Origin: Octopus vulgaris
Taxonomy: Eukaryota
Direction of reading: 5' to 3'
Length of the DNA stretch: 64,000 nt
Assembly: GCA_951406725.2 (NCBI GenBank)
Contig: OX597832.1
Coordinates: forward strand, 4,588,001 to 4,652,000
Made by a program: the position numbers and the translations under genes
In this document: piece after piece, positions 14,075 through 26,905 of the stretch
Numbering within the stretch: position 1 is the stretch's first letter
Layout of the letters: each line of letters starts with the position of its first letter
The notes under the pieces: model-generated
What the model saw: the letters and a program-made list of their open reading frames with translations, nothing else
What the model was told of the DNA's origin: nothing
Database searches by the model: none

Positions 14075-14248
14075 TGTGAATGTGTGGTTGAGAACTTTGC
14101 TTCCCAACCAATGTGGTTTCATGTTCAGTCTTACTGCATGGTGCCTCAGGCAAGTGTCTCTGCTATAACTTTGTGAATGGATTTGGTAAACAAAAACTGA
14201 AAGAAGCCTGATGTGTGTGTGAGTGAGTGAGTGAGTGAGTGAGTGAGT

Positions 14249-14295
<47 letters not shown>

Positions 14296-14525
14296 CCCTT
14301 GTCTTGATATCATGTGATGGCATCATCATCACACAAGTAATGTTGTTCACTCTCGTCTTCCATAAAAAACATGTTTGGCCATAGGGGAAATATTACCTGG
14401 AAACACACAAGGGTTGTTGACAGGAATGGTATCAGGCTGTACAAAATCTACCTCTACAAAGCTCCATCTGACCCATGCAAACAGATGTTAGCTGATCAAT
14501 GATGATGATGATGGTGATGATGATA
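14075..14525 (+). mobile_element. tRNA-derived SINE with RTE-like 3' tail
   Basis: SINE head and body, then (GAGT)n(GA)n, then ctgacccatgc..gatgatgat tail as in the RTE 3' ends. A similar minus-strand copy lies at about 30110-30520. Confidence 0.75.
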
Positions 14526-15049
14526 TTTTCAGTTCTAATTTTGGGGATATGAATTATATTAAGGTTTAGAATAATCTGTAACATTAATGTTAAATGAAAA
14601 ACAGCAGTTTTTGGTTCTTTGTAAGTGTTTGCACAATTTCATAATTTATAAATTCAGAGATGGTTGTGATACAACTATTTGTAAGATATTTGGGTTTTGG
14701 CTGAAGGGAGGCAATTGCTATTCAATAAAGATGAAAGGAATAGATGCAGCTTTTGTATATGTGTAAAAAAAAGTTAAAGTATAAATACACTGTAATATTA
14801 TATACTACGGTGTAATATAATTTGCAACAGCATAATATAATATATGATCATATATTGTTGCATATAGTCGTGTAATATTATGTATAATGTAATAATGATA
14901 AAGAGAGTGTGAAAAAAAAAACAATATATGAATTATGTATGTAAACATGAGTGTTACAAACATACAATTACAGATCATATACATATATGTACACAAGCTT
15001 GCTTATATACATATATAATATACATCATCCTCATCATCACTACCACCAC

Positions 15050-16760
15050 TGCCACCATCATCATCACCACCACCACTGCCACCATCATCATCATCACTTA
15101 ATTTTATGCTCCATGTTGGCACTGGTTGGATGGTTTGACAGGATCCAATGGGTTCAAAGACTGTCGACTTTGACATGGTTTCTATGGCTCGATGCCCTTC
15201 ATAATGCCATCCACTTTACAGCTTGTACTGGGGTTTTTCTTTGTTTTTCTTTTTTTTTTTGATTTTTGTACTACTAGCATGCAAGACCACAAACTCCAAT
15301 GGGGAAATGGAGAGGCATAGAAAATGACAGAAGATGCGGGTTTAAAGTATGAGCAAAGCAGATGTTTTTCACTGAAGAAGAGCTACATGGTTACACACAT
15401 TTCAGAAGAGAAGATGAGAGTGAATGGTAGAACTGGAAAGAGATAAAACTTGTGGTGATGATGTGTCTGGGTGAACTGTTAAGGTACAAAGTAAGTGGAA
15501 GAGAGTAGAGACAGCGGAGCCAGGATTGTGGGTGGGAGGTTGCAGGAGTATGGGGGAATGGGTGATAGGGAGAGCTAGGCAACATCTGTAAAGATTGGGT
15601 AAGGTTAAAGAAAGGGTGGGTGTGCTGAATAGTGGATAAAGTGAGGGATGACCAATGATGCATGCGTTGAAGGAGGTAGAAGGTGCTGAAGAAAGTATGG
15701 AAGAGCAGCAGGACAACAATGATGATACAGTAGACAGAAAGAGAAAAGAGAGAGAGATGACATGTGGTCAGGTAGGTTGCAGGAGTGTGGTGAGTGGGGA
15801 AAATAGGTAGGTGTTGTACAGGAAAAAAGAGAGAGACATATGGTGAGTGGGGAGGAGAGATAATTAAGTGGCTCAGTTGTGTGTGTAGGGGGGTGATCAG
15901 TGTGACTGGTGGAGCAGGAAAAAGACACAAATAGTGGTGATGAGTGTGGATGGAGAGAAGAGTATTAATGAATGAAGAGTAGATAACAAATGAAATGATT
16001 CTGGATAGTAAGAAAGATAGGTGGTATCAAGGAAGAGCTACAGTTATAGAGATGATGGGTGGTGGTAGTGGGGATTCAAGGAAGAAATTGGGTGACGGGC
16101 CCAGTTGTACATGTATATACACAAACAGTGCTTCTGGGTGGGTGGGTCTTCTCAAGAGCCACACATTGCCAATCATCCCTTTCCGTTGTCATTTTCTCTA
16201 TGAGGATCAAGGTCTTGAGATCAGCCTTCACGTCAGCACAAGTCTTCCTAGGTTTCTCCCCTCTTCCATGAGCTCCATCCACATTCAGTGGTACTTCTTC
16301 ATAGAGCTGTCCTCATCCATATACATCAAATGGCTATACCAGCTCAGTCTTCTTTCTTGTACACATCTTATTTCTCTAAAACTCAGTTTTTCTTTAAACA
16401 CATTTGTACTATGTTGTTCAATGTACATTAACAGTGCACCTCCAACAGAGCATCTTTATTTCCTTTCTTTCCAGACTTCTCAAGTTCTCTGCATTCAAGG
16501 CCTATATCACACTATCATATAGCAGTGTAGTTCTAACACAAGCATTAAACAATCTGTCCTTCCCTCTGAAGGAAAAAGACCTTTGTTACCAACAGCAGTA
16601 GTAGCTCCTTGAACTTTCTCCAGCTTGGTCTCACCCTGGCCACTATACTTCTAGACCAACCGCCTCTGCTACTAATCACATCTCCTAGGTAACAAAAGCT
16701 GTCAACTACTTCTAATGAGCCATCCAAGCATTTAAGAGAATCTATTTCCAGTGTACAATA
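15050..16760 (-). mobile_element. Older RTE LINE 3' portion: ORF2 end, long low-complexity 3' UTR and terminal tail
   Basis: DSLKCLDGSLEVVDSFCYLGDVISSRGG and GRGEKPRKT..DLK fragments at 16140-16750. 3' terminus with (cat)n at about 15050-15300. Confidence 0.75.
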
Positions 16761-17330
16761 CACACTACTGCCACACACACATATGTATACGTGTGTGTGT
16801 ACACACACAGTGATATATAAATACAGATACATACATACATTCACACTTATAAATATATCACCCACTATACAACCAGATAAATGCACAACTGTATATGTGT
16901 GATGATAGATGTGTGCCTAAAGACATTTCCAAATGTATTTACTAATAATTAATCAGTCACAAGAATATACAAGTACAAAAACACATCAATAGCTATGTGA
17001 TAGTTCAGAAGCAGCTAAATAAATATATTCAATAAGTATCAGTCGACAGACATGGTGGCATATTAAAATTAAACAAAGCTGCAAAAGTATAATACATAGA
17101 CACAATGATATAAACTGGATTTGATTTTTAGAACACAAGTGTAGGAATAGTAATGTATGAGAGATTTTTAGGTGAGATTCAGGAGAGTAATGGGTATGTG
17201 GAAATGGAGGGGTTACCTATATGAAAAGGGTAAAGGGTTTAAAATATTTTAGCATTTGTAAACTTCCTGTCTGCAGGAAGAGGTTAGTTACTGAGTAATT
17301 ACAATTTGAGGGAAAAAGACTTCAAATCAT

Positions 17331-17513
17331 TTAAACCATTTGTTGCCATATTTCTGTTAACATATGATGCCTTTGTTACAATTAATTTTGTAATTACTAA
17401 GCTGAGGCCTGGAACAACTTATAAAATTTTGAAAGAAAATTATTATTTAGACCAGTAAGTTTATGTTATAGAACTTGGAGCAGTCTCAGGCAGGTTGGTA
17501 TCAAAGGGGTTAA
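17331..17513. mobile_element. Diverged piggyBac-type MITE
   Basis: ttaaaccatttgttgcc ... ggtatcaaaggggttaa. A related copy in opposite orientation lies at about 35198-35405. Confidence 0.6.
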
Positions 17514-18422
17514 AAGTAGAAAGTTGGCAAGGCTTTTGGGTGTAGATGTTTGGCATAACATGTAAAACAATGCTTTTTTTGTAAGATATCTTTTATCTTA
17601 TCTCTTGTTTTAGTCACTGGATTTCAGCCATACTGGGGCAATACTTTGAAGGGTTTAGTCAAACATATAGATCCCAGTACTGTTTTTGCTTCTAAACCTA
17701 GTACTTATTCTATCAGTCTCTTTTTGCTGAATCACTAAGCTATGGGGACATAAATAAACCAACACCAGTTGTCAAGCAGTGGTGAAGACCAAACACAAAC
17801 ATAAAGTAAAACAGATATCTATCTATATCTATATATATATATGTCATAAATGCCAGAAAAATATTGAGATGAACTTTTATTTAACAAAGGAAAATCCAAA
17901 TATCACAACAAATTTGTCTCTCTCTATATATATACACACACACACACACACACGACAGGCTTCTTTCAGCTTCTGTCTACCAAATTCACTCACAAGGCTT
18001 TAGTTGACCAGGGTCTGTAGCAGAAAACATTTGTCCAACATAGTGGGAATGAAGCTGGAACTATGTAGTTGGGAACACTAAGTATTGCATAACATTAACA
18101 GTTTTATATCAATTTATTATGAGCAAATCTTAAATCAACATTAATAAAAAAAATAAATCTAGTAAAAACAGTGGGAAATATGATAAAGAATTTTTCTGCT
18201 TTCCTGTTTGAAAATTTTCTCTTGGAATCTGAAATGCCCTTCTCGGGAAAAATTCACTCCAAATTAAGAATTATGGGATAAGATAGCAATAATTTTGGTG
18301 AAATTACTAGTGGTGAAATATACAATTTTGAAATGATTTTAATTTAAGATTTTATAGTATTTGCACGCGCGCACACACACAAACACACACACACACTTAA
18401 AAAATTGTAAAATATGGATTAC

Positions 18423-18501
18423 CTTTCTTGAAAGAGTGATCACAATATAGATGTAGGTGACAAACAGGAGGGCAATAATTGCAAATAATGGTCCATACCA
18501 G
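18423..18501 (-). CDS. GPCR exon (TM5): (I)WYGPLFAIIALLFVTYIYIVITLSRK
   Basis: Acceptor catttccag, donor AAG|gtaat, 79 nt, phase 2 to 0. Hydrophobic helix beginning WYGP. Confidence 0.93.
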
Positions 18502-21035
18502 CTGGAAATGTAAAAGAAACAAGCAATAATTTGAAAAAGTTCTAGTCCAACTTCATAATGAAATAATAAAAAATATCATCCAATACCTCATTAGCAACAA
18601 CATTCACCAAGAATAACCTACCATTTTTTACAATGTATTGTGCATGTCCATCATTAAAACTAGCTAATGTTTTCTTGCCATAACTTTCATTTTGGGATTT
18701 CTGATTTCAAGTCTTTGTCAAATTGATCCAGTTCTGCTCTCTATCATTTTCAGCATCACCTTTTGTTTCATTTATAGCTCTTTGGAATCCAGTCTATAAC
18801 ACCGCCTTTTTGTTTGTTTTTTTTTTTTTTGGCCAACCAGCTGTCACTCATCCTATGGACTTGCTCTAACCAATTCCACTCCAACAATTTTCAAAATCTG
18901 GTAATGTTATTTAGCATTGCTTGTTTTGGAATCCAATTTGTTGTGTTATGGTTCTTCTACTTTATTTGAGCACAATACATATTGAGCTGTTGTTAGCTAC
19001 TTTTTTGTTGTTTTCGTCAGGTTCCATGTTCAATCTTATGGATGGCAAATCTAAGGTAACATTTATTATTTTACAGCATGGCTAAATATGTGAAGCATGT
19101 TACCATGTTCGTTTTTTTCTCATGTTATTGACACATTTTTGCACAGTAATAAAATTCGAAAAGTACATAAATTCTCTGTTGTCATGGCAACCATGCTTAT
19201 ATAGTTTATGTTTCTCATCTCTTGTATGAAAATCGATCTGCACCATTTTCCATGAGTGTATACAATTCAATGTACCATATAATGTACGTACACATCATGA
19301 AAAGCCACACTTACACAAATTCACACCTGTTTCAGTACATACACATTATACTTAGATAAGAGATTTCTGAAATGGTTTTACACAATCTCTATCATTCTGT
19401 TGTTTTCAAAAAATTCTTTCTTCAAATCAATGTTATGCTAACTAAAATTTATTATATTTCTTCAATTAATCATATCCCAATTGTAATTCTATTTAGACAG
19501 ATACACATGTTGAATAATAACACATTACACTTACTTTCCCTTCATTGCAGTGAGACATTTTTTAATCTAATTTATTGTAATGCTTATATTATAACTTCTT
19601 TTGTGATACATTCATCTTATCATTACTGTTAGCTTTAATGTAATTCTGGAATTCTCAACTTATTTCATTTATAAACAAGTATACTGAAATTGTTATTCTC
19701 TTTTACATATTGATACAATGAACTTTATTTTGTTTATGTAATTACCCTTTTTCATATAATTATCATCTCCAAATTCAATAAATATTTTAACAATCCTAAT
19801 CTTGTTGGCTCATGGGTGTTGGTGCTACATAAAAGGCACCCATGCTGGTGACACGTAAATGCACCCAATACACTCTGTAAAGTGGTTGGTGTTAGGAAGG
19901 GCATCCAGTAGTAGAAACCATGCCAAAACAGACGTGGAAACTGGACAGCTTTTCAGCTGACAAGCTCCTGTCAAATTGTCAAACCCATGCCAGTATGGAA
20001 AATGGACGTTAAATGATGATGTTGACGATGGTGATTTTAACATTTATATATTTTTCCACATGAAATTAACTTGCTACTGACACAGTAGTGAAACACTACT
20101 ATTCTGGTGGCATTAATCTAATTCTCACAGCTTACATCAAACTAGTTTCAAGATAACCACTTTATAATTTATACATGTTTCAAAGTAGTCACCAGTGCAA
20201 TTATAAAACACAAGAGCACAGATATGGCTATGTGGTTAAGAAGTTTGCTTGCAACCATGTGTTTCCAGGGTCAATCTTGCTGTACTGCATTTTGAATAAG
20301 TGCCTTCTACCACAGCCTCTGTTGACTAATCAATTTTAAGTAAAATTTGTATATAAAAATTGTGTGTGAGAGTGTAGGTGAGTATGTGTGTGAGTGTGTG
20401 CATGTGTATTCATATCAGCAAACAGAGATGCTCTGTAAGTGTTTAGGTTTGACTAAATTATCTTTTTTTTTTTTATGCCAATATCTATTTTGCATTTTAT
20501 GGATTATGGAAATGGAAATGATGGAATAATGAAATATGTAACAGACAAAGTACCTGAGGCTCATATTATAGGTTAAAAATGCCTGGAGGAAGTACCTCCT
20601 CATGGCTACAATCCATTGTCTGAAACCAGTAACAGAAGACACCACTTTGGATTAAAATTGTTTCCTAATGCTTATGCCATGATCACTACTACTATTACTA
20701 CACACACACACACCACAGGTTTTGCTATACGTCTTATATAATCTTACTTCCGTGTATTAACAATTGCTCACTGTTAATTCTAATTCTAACCACATGTTAT
20801 AATGCAGATGCTATCACACTTCACTCTTCAATAATCTCTGTATATAGGTGTCATTCACAACACATTTCAGACACCTTATGCCTGAGTTGCATGAAGCCTA
20901 TAAATAGAGAGTTTGAAAGCATCCTCTATGAGGATATTTTTAACCTAGTCTCATTCGGTTGCACCAAGACACTGTCACTCCACATTTCAAGGAAACATTT
21001 ACAAATTTCTCTCTCATATATATTCATATATATAC

Positions 21036-21071
<36 letters not shown>

Positions 21072-21379
21072 ATATATTGTGTGTGTGTGTAAATAGATGT
21101 GTACATATACATATATGTATATGTGTATGTGTATACTGAGGAACAATATATAGCTGAAATCTTCACAAACTTAGAAAATGCTTAGCTTCACAACCTCCAG
21201 TGAACTTTCATAATGACAACGCATCAAAAACTCCATCCTCAAAAGATAGGTTTCATTATCATAATCAGAGAATGCTTCAGCTCTGAACAACTACTCTTCT
21301 TTTATGAGATACAAGTGTGCACACACATACACACTACATTACTGATCACAAAGGTGCATTCTATACTGTTCTCATACCC

Positions 21380-21427
<48 letters not shown>

Positions 21428-22291
21428 GGAGAGATGGGTGGTAGTGAGAGAGAGAAAGAAAGAAAGAAAGATAAAAAGGAAGAAAGAAAGGAAAAAAAGA
21501 AAGAAACTGATCCAAATTTTTGGGAAAACTTCACTCAGTATGAACCCTATCCTTTCGTAGTCTCTTTCACTGCAACTAGAATAGTTTGTTCTTTTGAACT
21601 GAAGTATTTCCCAGCAAACAAGACAACATAGTTTATAGTGTAAACATGTTGTGTAAGCATTCAAATATCATCACTTTCTTTCCAAATCCTTCTGCATTTC
21701 ACATGGAATTTTCTCTCCTCCATAGTTATTCTGGAGTATAAGTAGACCAATCTTCTTTTGGCTGTGAATTTCAGTCTGAAAAATTTGACTTGCCTGTCTG
21801 AGAATACAGTAGTTACCCATGTATCTGCCCTGTCAAAACTCAACCAAAATATTTTATTCAATTTTATTGCCAGGACTATTGCTTACTGAAAATCTTTTCC
21901 TAAACACACACTTTTTATAGACTTCAGCCTAAAGAAAGTTAACCTGAATATAAATTCTATGAACCCTACCAGATTGGGAGAAGCTGTAAGCATTTTCTTT
22001 CCTCTTCTTTCCACTAAAGCAAAAAGAGTATTAAACTAGAATAAAGTGCATAATAGCAAAAAGCTTAAATTCCACATAGGCCAACTTTGTTTCTCACCCT
22101 ATTCTCTCTCTTTTACTGTGGGCTTGTTGCCAAGCTGGGGGACTGCCTTGAAGATTTAATTAATCAAATGGACCTTATTGTTAGATTTTTTGTGAAAGTT
22201 TGACACATTACATTGGTTTCTTTTCTTTTTTTCTTTTGCTGAAATACTAAATAATGGGGGCATAAGCAATTTAACAAATTTAATATGCAAA

Positions 22292-22600
22292 GGTGCATAA
22301 CTCAGTGGTTAGAGCATCAGGCTTACAATCATGAGGTAGTGAGTTTGATTCCTAGACTGGGCTGTGTGTTGTGTCATTGAACAAGACACTTTATTTCACA
22401 TTGCTCCAGTTCACTCAGCAGTAGATACGAGTTACAATGTCACCAGTGCTAAGCTGTATCATTCTCTACCTTTCCCTTGGATAATATCGGTGGCATGGAG
22501 AGGGGAGGTTAGTCTTCCATATAGGCTGGTCTTCCATAAAAAACAACCTTGCCTAGATTTGTGCCTCAGAGGGTAACTTTCTAGGTGCAATACAATGTTC
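22292..22600 (+). mobile_element. tRNA-derived SINE (second family)
   Basis: ctcagtggttagagcatc..gagtttgattcctagactgggc..ctttatttcacattgctccagttcactcagc. Related copies at about 105-320, 26182-26385 and 54813-55070. Confidence 0.8.
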
Positions 22601-22970
22601 ATTCCTTACCTTTTAAACAATTTAACACTGACTGTCAAACAGTGTTAGGGAACACAAATATGATACACACATGTATACATACGTGTGTGCATGCATATGC
22701 GAAGATGTACATTCACATGTGTATGTACACGACACAAAGGGCTTCAGTACATTTTCCAGCTACCAAATTCACTGCAAGGCATTGCTCAGCCCAAGACTAT
22801 AGTAAAAGAAAATTGCTCAAGGTGCTGTACAGTGGAACTGAACCCCAAATCATCTCATTTGAAAACAAACTCCTTAATCACACACCTTTGTCTATGCCTA
22901 TAACATAACTAATATCCTGAGACCAATTTAGGAAATATATTCTTTCCTTTTTAAGATGGGTTATGAGTTT

Positions 22971-25560
22971 ATCATCATCATCGTTTAATGTCCGCTTTCC
23001 ATGCTAGCATAGGTTGGACGATTTGACTGAGGGTTGGCGAGCCAGATGGCTGCATCAGGCTCCAATCTTGATCTGGTAGAGTATCTACAGCTGGAATGCC
23101 TTCCTAACGTCCAACCACCCCGAGAGTGTAGTGGGTGCTTTTTACATGCCACTGGCATGGGGACCAGTCAGGCGGTACTGGCAATGACCTTGCTCAAATC
23201 GTTTGACACGTGCCAGTGAAGCGACGTTGGTAACGATCATGCTTGAATGGTGCCCTTTTATGTGCCACGGGTACGGAAGCCAGTTGGCTGCTCTGGCAAC
23301 AATCATGCTCGGATGGTGCTCTTGGCACCCTACAAGCACGGGCATAAGTGTCAGTAAGGCGACGCTGGTAATGATGATACTCGAATAGCCGCTCTGTCAA
23401 TGATCACACTCATATGGTGCTCTTTGCACCCTGCTAGCACGGATGACAGTCATCGAACCGATTTTGATTTTGATTTCACTTGCCTCAACAGGTCTTCGCA
23501 AGCAGAGTTTAGTGATCAATGAAGAAAAAGGTATACATAAGCGGGCTGGTTATGCTCCTGGTGTAAGACACAGGTTATGGTCTCATTTGGCTTGCCGGGT
23601 CTTCTCGAGCACAGCATATTTCCAAAAGTCTCGGTTGCTAGTCATTGCCTTGGTGAGGCATAATGTTCAAAGGTCATGCTTCACCACTTCATCCCAGGTC
23701 TTCCTGGCTCTACCTCTTCCACAGGTTCCCTCAACTGCTAGGGTGTGGCACTTTTTCACACACCTATCTTCATCTATTCTCGCCACATGACCATACCAGC
23801 GCAGTCGTCTCTCTTGCACACCACATCTAATGCTTCTTAGGTCAAACTTTTCTCTCAAGGTACTTACACTCTGTCGAGAATGCACACTGACATTACACAT
23901 CCATCAGATCATACTGGCTTCATTCCTTGTGAGCTTACGCATGTCCTCAGCAGTCACAGCCCATGTTTCACTGCCATGTAGCATGGCTGTTTGTACACAT
24001 GCATCATACAGTCTACCTTTTACTCTGAGCGAGAGGCCCTTTGTCACCAGCAGAGGTAAGAGCTCTCTGAACTTTGCCCAGGCTATTCTTATTCTAGCAG
24101 CTACACTTTCAGCGCACCCTCCTTCGCTACTGACTTGGTCACCTAGATAACGGAAGCTATCAACTACATCTAGTTTTTCTCGCAGGAATGTGGCGGAAGT
24201 TGGTCTCTGCGCATTTTCAGTGTTTATCGCTCCCGAGCATCTGCCACATACAAAAACTATCTTCCCAGTTAGCCTTCCTTTGATATTACTGCACCTCTTA
24301 CGTGTCCATAGCTTACACTGGGTATATCTTATAGAGTTTCTACCTACGCCTCTACTACAGATCGAGCAGCGCCATCTACCTGAAGGGATTTTTGGCTTGC
24401 CTGCCTTCCTACTTATTAGGACTTTCGTTTAAGCTAGGTTGACTCTAAGGCCCTTCGATTCTAATTCTTGTTTCCACACTTGAAACTTCTCTAGTTGTGA
24501 TAGTGACTCAGTAATTAGAGCAAGGTCATCAGCATACAGGAGCTCTATGATAAATAGGAGGGGGCTGAGGACTGAACCCTGGTGGACCCCTACCTCTACC
24601 TTGAATTCTTCAGTGTACTCGTTGCCAAACCTTACCTTACTTACAGCGTCCCTGTACATGGCTTGCACAGCTCTCACTAACCATTCATCTATCCCTAGTT
24701 GCCTCATTGACCACCAGATAAGGATTGGGGGACCCTGTCAAAGGCTTTCTCCATATCAACGAAAGCCAGGTACAGGGGCTTATCTTTGGCTAGGTATTTC
24801 TCCTGCAGCTGTCTTACCAGAAATATGGCATCAGTTGTGCTTTTCCCTGGCACAAAACCAAACTACATCTCATCCAAGTTGACTCTCTACCTAATCAGTT
24901 GGGCTATGACCCTCTCCGTAACATTCATTATGTGATCCAACAGCTTGATATCTCTGTAATTATTTGTATCTAAGGTGTCACCTTTACCTTTGTAGCAGTT
25001 GACTATTATGCTGCTACATCAGTCATTGGGTATGACTCCTTCGTGTATCACCTAGTTAACTATACGGGTGACTAGGCTATAGCCGACACTACCAGATATT
25101 GTGAGCATCTCTGCAGTAATTCCTGATGGGCCTGGGGCTTTCCCTGTCTTCATGCTTCTAATTGCCTTAACTACCAAGGAACTGTCAACTTGGATAGCTG
25201 GTCCCTCTGTTGGGTCGACATTCGTCAGACTCTCTTTATCCCATTCATTTTCCTTATTCAGCAACCTTTCATAATGGTGTCTCCAAACCTCTCTCTTTGC
25301 ATCCTCATTTAGCGCAAGTGAACCATCATCCATGCGAACACATTTCTCTCCTACCACATCACGATTCACTCTCACACACTGTCTTGCAACACGAAATACC
25401 TCAAGTCTTTGGTCCTCACGGCACAGAACATTGGCAAATTTTTTCTTATCTGCTTCCCCTCTGGCTAAATAAACCTGCCTCCTAGCTTCCCTTCTGGCAG
25501 TCTGATACACTTCCCTGCTACCACTGTTCTTCCAGTCCTTCCAAGCCTACTTTATCTCTA
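22971..25560 (-). mobile_element. 5'-truncated RTE-clade LINE (best-preserved copy in the window)
   Basis: RT fragments MKTGKAPGPSGITAEML, VGVHQGSVLSPLLF, LLYADDL and RRLRWYGHVAR..GRGRARKTW. 3' UTR with tandem units and a (GAT)n tail at about 22971-22983. Several stops and frameshifts. Confidence 0.95.
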
Positions 25561-25682
25561 AAGACCCACTTCACTTTTCCCTCTTCCAGGATCAATAAAA
25601 TATGTACCCCTCAAGAAGTCAAACTGTTGCCCTCCCTAAAATCTATGGCCTATGTTTGTGTTAAAAATAATTATTTAATATT

Positions 25683-26124
25683 ATAACACTGAGTAATAAA
25701 ATTAACATTTTTTTTTTTGTCTTTGGTCAGTAAGTGTTATTTCCTATTTGTTTCTATCTAGAAATCAAAAGAAATGACTACTATTCCCTTCAAATTTTGT
25801 TATTATGACCTGGACATCAATGTTTTCAAACTGACCTATTTTCTATTACATTTCAGACAGATTCGGTGCTGAGTTTTCTGAAGCAGAAATATCATTATAG
25901 CAAATATCGTGCTCAATTCCACAGATTTGCTTGTCAGCTGCATCTCTGATCATGAGCAGGAGTATCACAGCCATGTATTGAGAGAGATTCTATAGGGTTT
26001 GAATTAAATGTAACAAAAGCAAAGTTTGAAGGAAATATTAGCCATTTTTCATACTTTCTAGGGGTAAGCAAATAAGAAATAACAGTTGCTACCCAAGGAC
26101 AAAAACCATGCTAGGCAGTGTAAT
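25683..26124. mobile_element. MITE-like element with ~46-bp imperfect subterminal inverted repeats
   Basis: gtctttggtcagtaagtgttatttcctatttgtttctatctagaaa (from 25719) versus tttctaggggtaagcaaataagaaataacagttgctacccaaggac (to 26100). Confidence 0.65.
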
Positions 26125-26524
26125 CAATGATTGTCATAGTTTATGTTATTTATCCTTGTTTGGTAATATGGGTGGGAACAAGTGGCTTAGTGGTCAGGAT
26201 GTTACACTCGTGATCATAAGTTTGTGGTCTTGATTCCTAGACTGGGCATTTCACATTGCCCCAGTCTATTCAGCTGGCAAAAACTATTAATCCTGTGATG
26301 GACTGACATCCCATCCAGGAGGGGAATATATGCTACAGGATCTGAGAAATCGGCCTTATGCGTCTATGGCTCAGGAAGGACTACAGAGCCTTTTTCATTT
26401 GATAGTGATATGGTGCCTGCACACACTCAGAGGAGAGACAGAAAGCTCTGTTAAATAACATAGACATATAATGAAAAACATTTCAGCTTTGAACATCTGT
26501 GTTTGTTTTTTGTTGCTTTTTGGT

Positions 26525-26672
26525 CACAAGCATGGCTTGCTTCCCAACCACATGGCTCCATGTTCAGTTCCACTGGGTGGCACCTTAATCTAGTGTTTTT
26601 TACTATAGCCTTGGGCCAACTGAAGACTTGTGAGTGGATTTAGTTGGCAGAAACTGAAAGAAGCCTGTCATA

Positions 26673-26712
<40 letters not shown>

Positions 26713-26905
26713 TCACCATCACTGCTTAACAACCGGTGTTAATGTGTTTACATCCTCATAATATAGCAGTTCAACAAAAGAGACTGATAAAATAAGTAGC
26801 AGGCTTAAAAAAAGTACTAGGGTCGATTCATTCAACTAAAAATTCTTCAAGGCGGTGCCCCAGCATAGCCGCAGTCAAACAACTGAAACAAGTAATAGAT
26901 AAAAA
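26525..26905 (+). mobile_element. tRNA-derived SINE, same family as 61533-61930
   Basis: Shared body (cttgtgagtggattt..gaaactgaaagaagcc), (TG)n, and tail aaggcggtgccccagcat..ctgaaacaagtaa. Further copies or fragments at about 1-100, 17590-18075, 20225-20350, 36275-36572 and 53945-54090. Confidence 0.85.
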
